From a bacterium (GTDB lineage Bacteria; Coprothermobacterota; Coprothermobacteria; Coprothermobacterales; JAADFF01), in the NCBI GenBank assembly GCA_027063755.1, contig JAMORD010000040.1:1-48162 (forward strand): a stretch of DNA of 48,162 nt. Direction: 5' to 3'. Positions 47,889 to 48,162 of the stretch are shown here, in pieces. Each line of letters begins with the position of its first letter. Position 1 is the stretch's first letter. Under the pieces are notes generated by a model. That model saw nothing but the letters and a program-made list of their open reading frames with translations. It ran no database searches and was not told the DNA's origin. The position numbers and the translations under genes were made by a program.

Positions 47889-48162
47889 ATGGAAGATATA
47901 GTTGCAGAGGACATATATTTTATGAAATTGGCACTAAAAGAAGCAGGGCTTGCATGGAATCACGAGGATGTGCCCATAGGTGCTGTTGCCGTGAAAGATG
48001 GGAAGGTTATTGCCAGGGCTCATAATATGAGACAGGTGCTTGGTGACCCAACAGCCCATGCGGAAATCTTACTTCTTAGGAAGGCTTCCCATGTGCTTGG
48101 TACATGGTATTTAACCGATGTTGTTGTATATGTAACCCTTGAGCCTTGCATGATGTGTACAG
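47889..48162 (+). CDS. tadA: tRNA adenosine(34) deaminase, 3'-truncated by the window edge (absent from the ORF track)
   Basis: Manual translation gives MEDIVAEDIYFMKLALKEA...VPIGAV...AHN...DPTAHAEI...VTLEPCMMC, with HAE and PCxxC; GAGGAG SD. Confidence 0.92.
   Translation, partial: MEDIVAEDIYFMKLALKEAGLAWNHEDVPIGAVAVKDGKVIARAHNMRQVLGDPTAHAEILLLRKASHVLGTWYLTDVVVYVTLEPCMMCT

Noticed and set aside
1-48162. CRISPR arrays, tRNA/rRNA genes, IS elements, integrases, prophage
   Set aside because: All intergenic gaps are under about 100 nt with no periodic repeats or cloverleaf patterns, and no ORF has transposase, integrase or phage motifs.

Overview
Gene-dense bacterial chromosomal segment with no rRNA, tRNA, CRISPR array or mobile element that I can see. 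The gene content suggests a thermophilic, deep-branching anaerobe (inference from TrmI, short archaeal/Thermotoga-type AhcY, split GcvPA/PB, ThyX and CheC/CheD). Layout: (1) 1-6974: divergent nrnA-like gene, truB, ribF, folD, small hypothetical, metK, priA. (2) feoB-feoA-DtxR regulator. (3) Minus strand: ahcY, ktrB and a 797-aa PilZ + DUF2254-like membrane protein. (4) Ski2-like helicase, then a long co-directional run: thrS, membrane protein, gcvT/H/PA/PB, rho, thyX, prfA, prmC, PP2C, Ser/Thr kinase. (5) Minus strand: ICMT-like methyltransferase and trmI. (6) Chemotaxis/flagellar cluster: DUF2225, cheW, cheA, cheC, cheD, hypothetical, fliA, three hypotheticals, flgF, flgG, HDOD, flgM, flgN, flgK, flgL, fliW, csrA. 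(7) Divergent pfkA-like gene and partial tadA. The strongest leads are a possible c-di-GMP-linked PilZ/DUF2254 partner for a KtrB channel that has no KtrA neighbour, a membrane-anchored pseudo-PP2C lying in the same gene run as an intact PP2C/kinase pair, uncharacterised genes embedded around fliA, and repeated loss of catalytic motifs in housekeeping enzymes (NrnA, FolD cyclohydrolase site, PriA helicase, Pfk). All family assignments come from motif recognition by eye, not from database searches.
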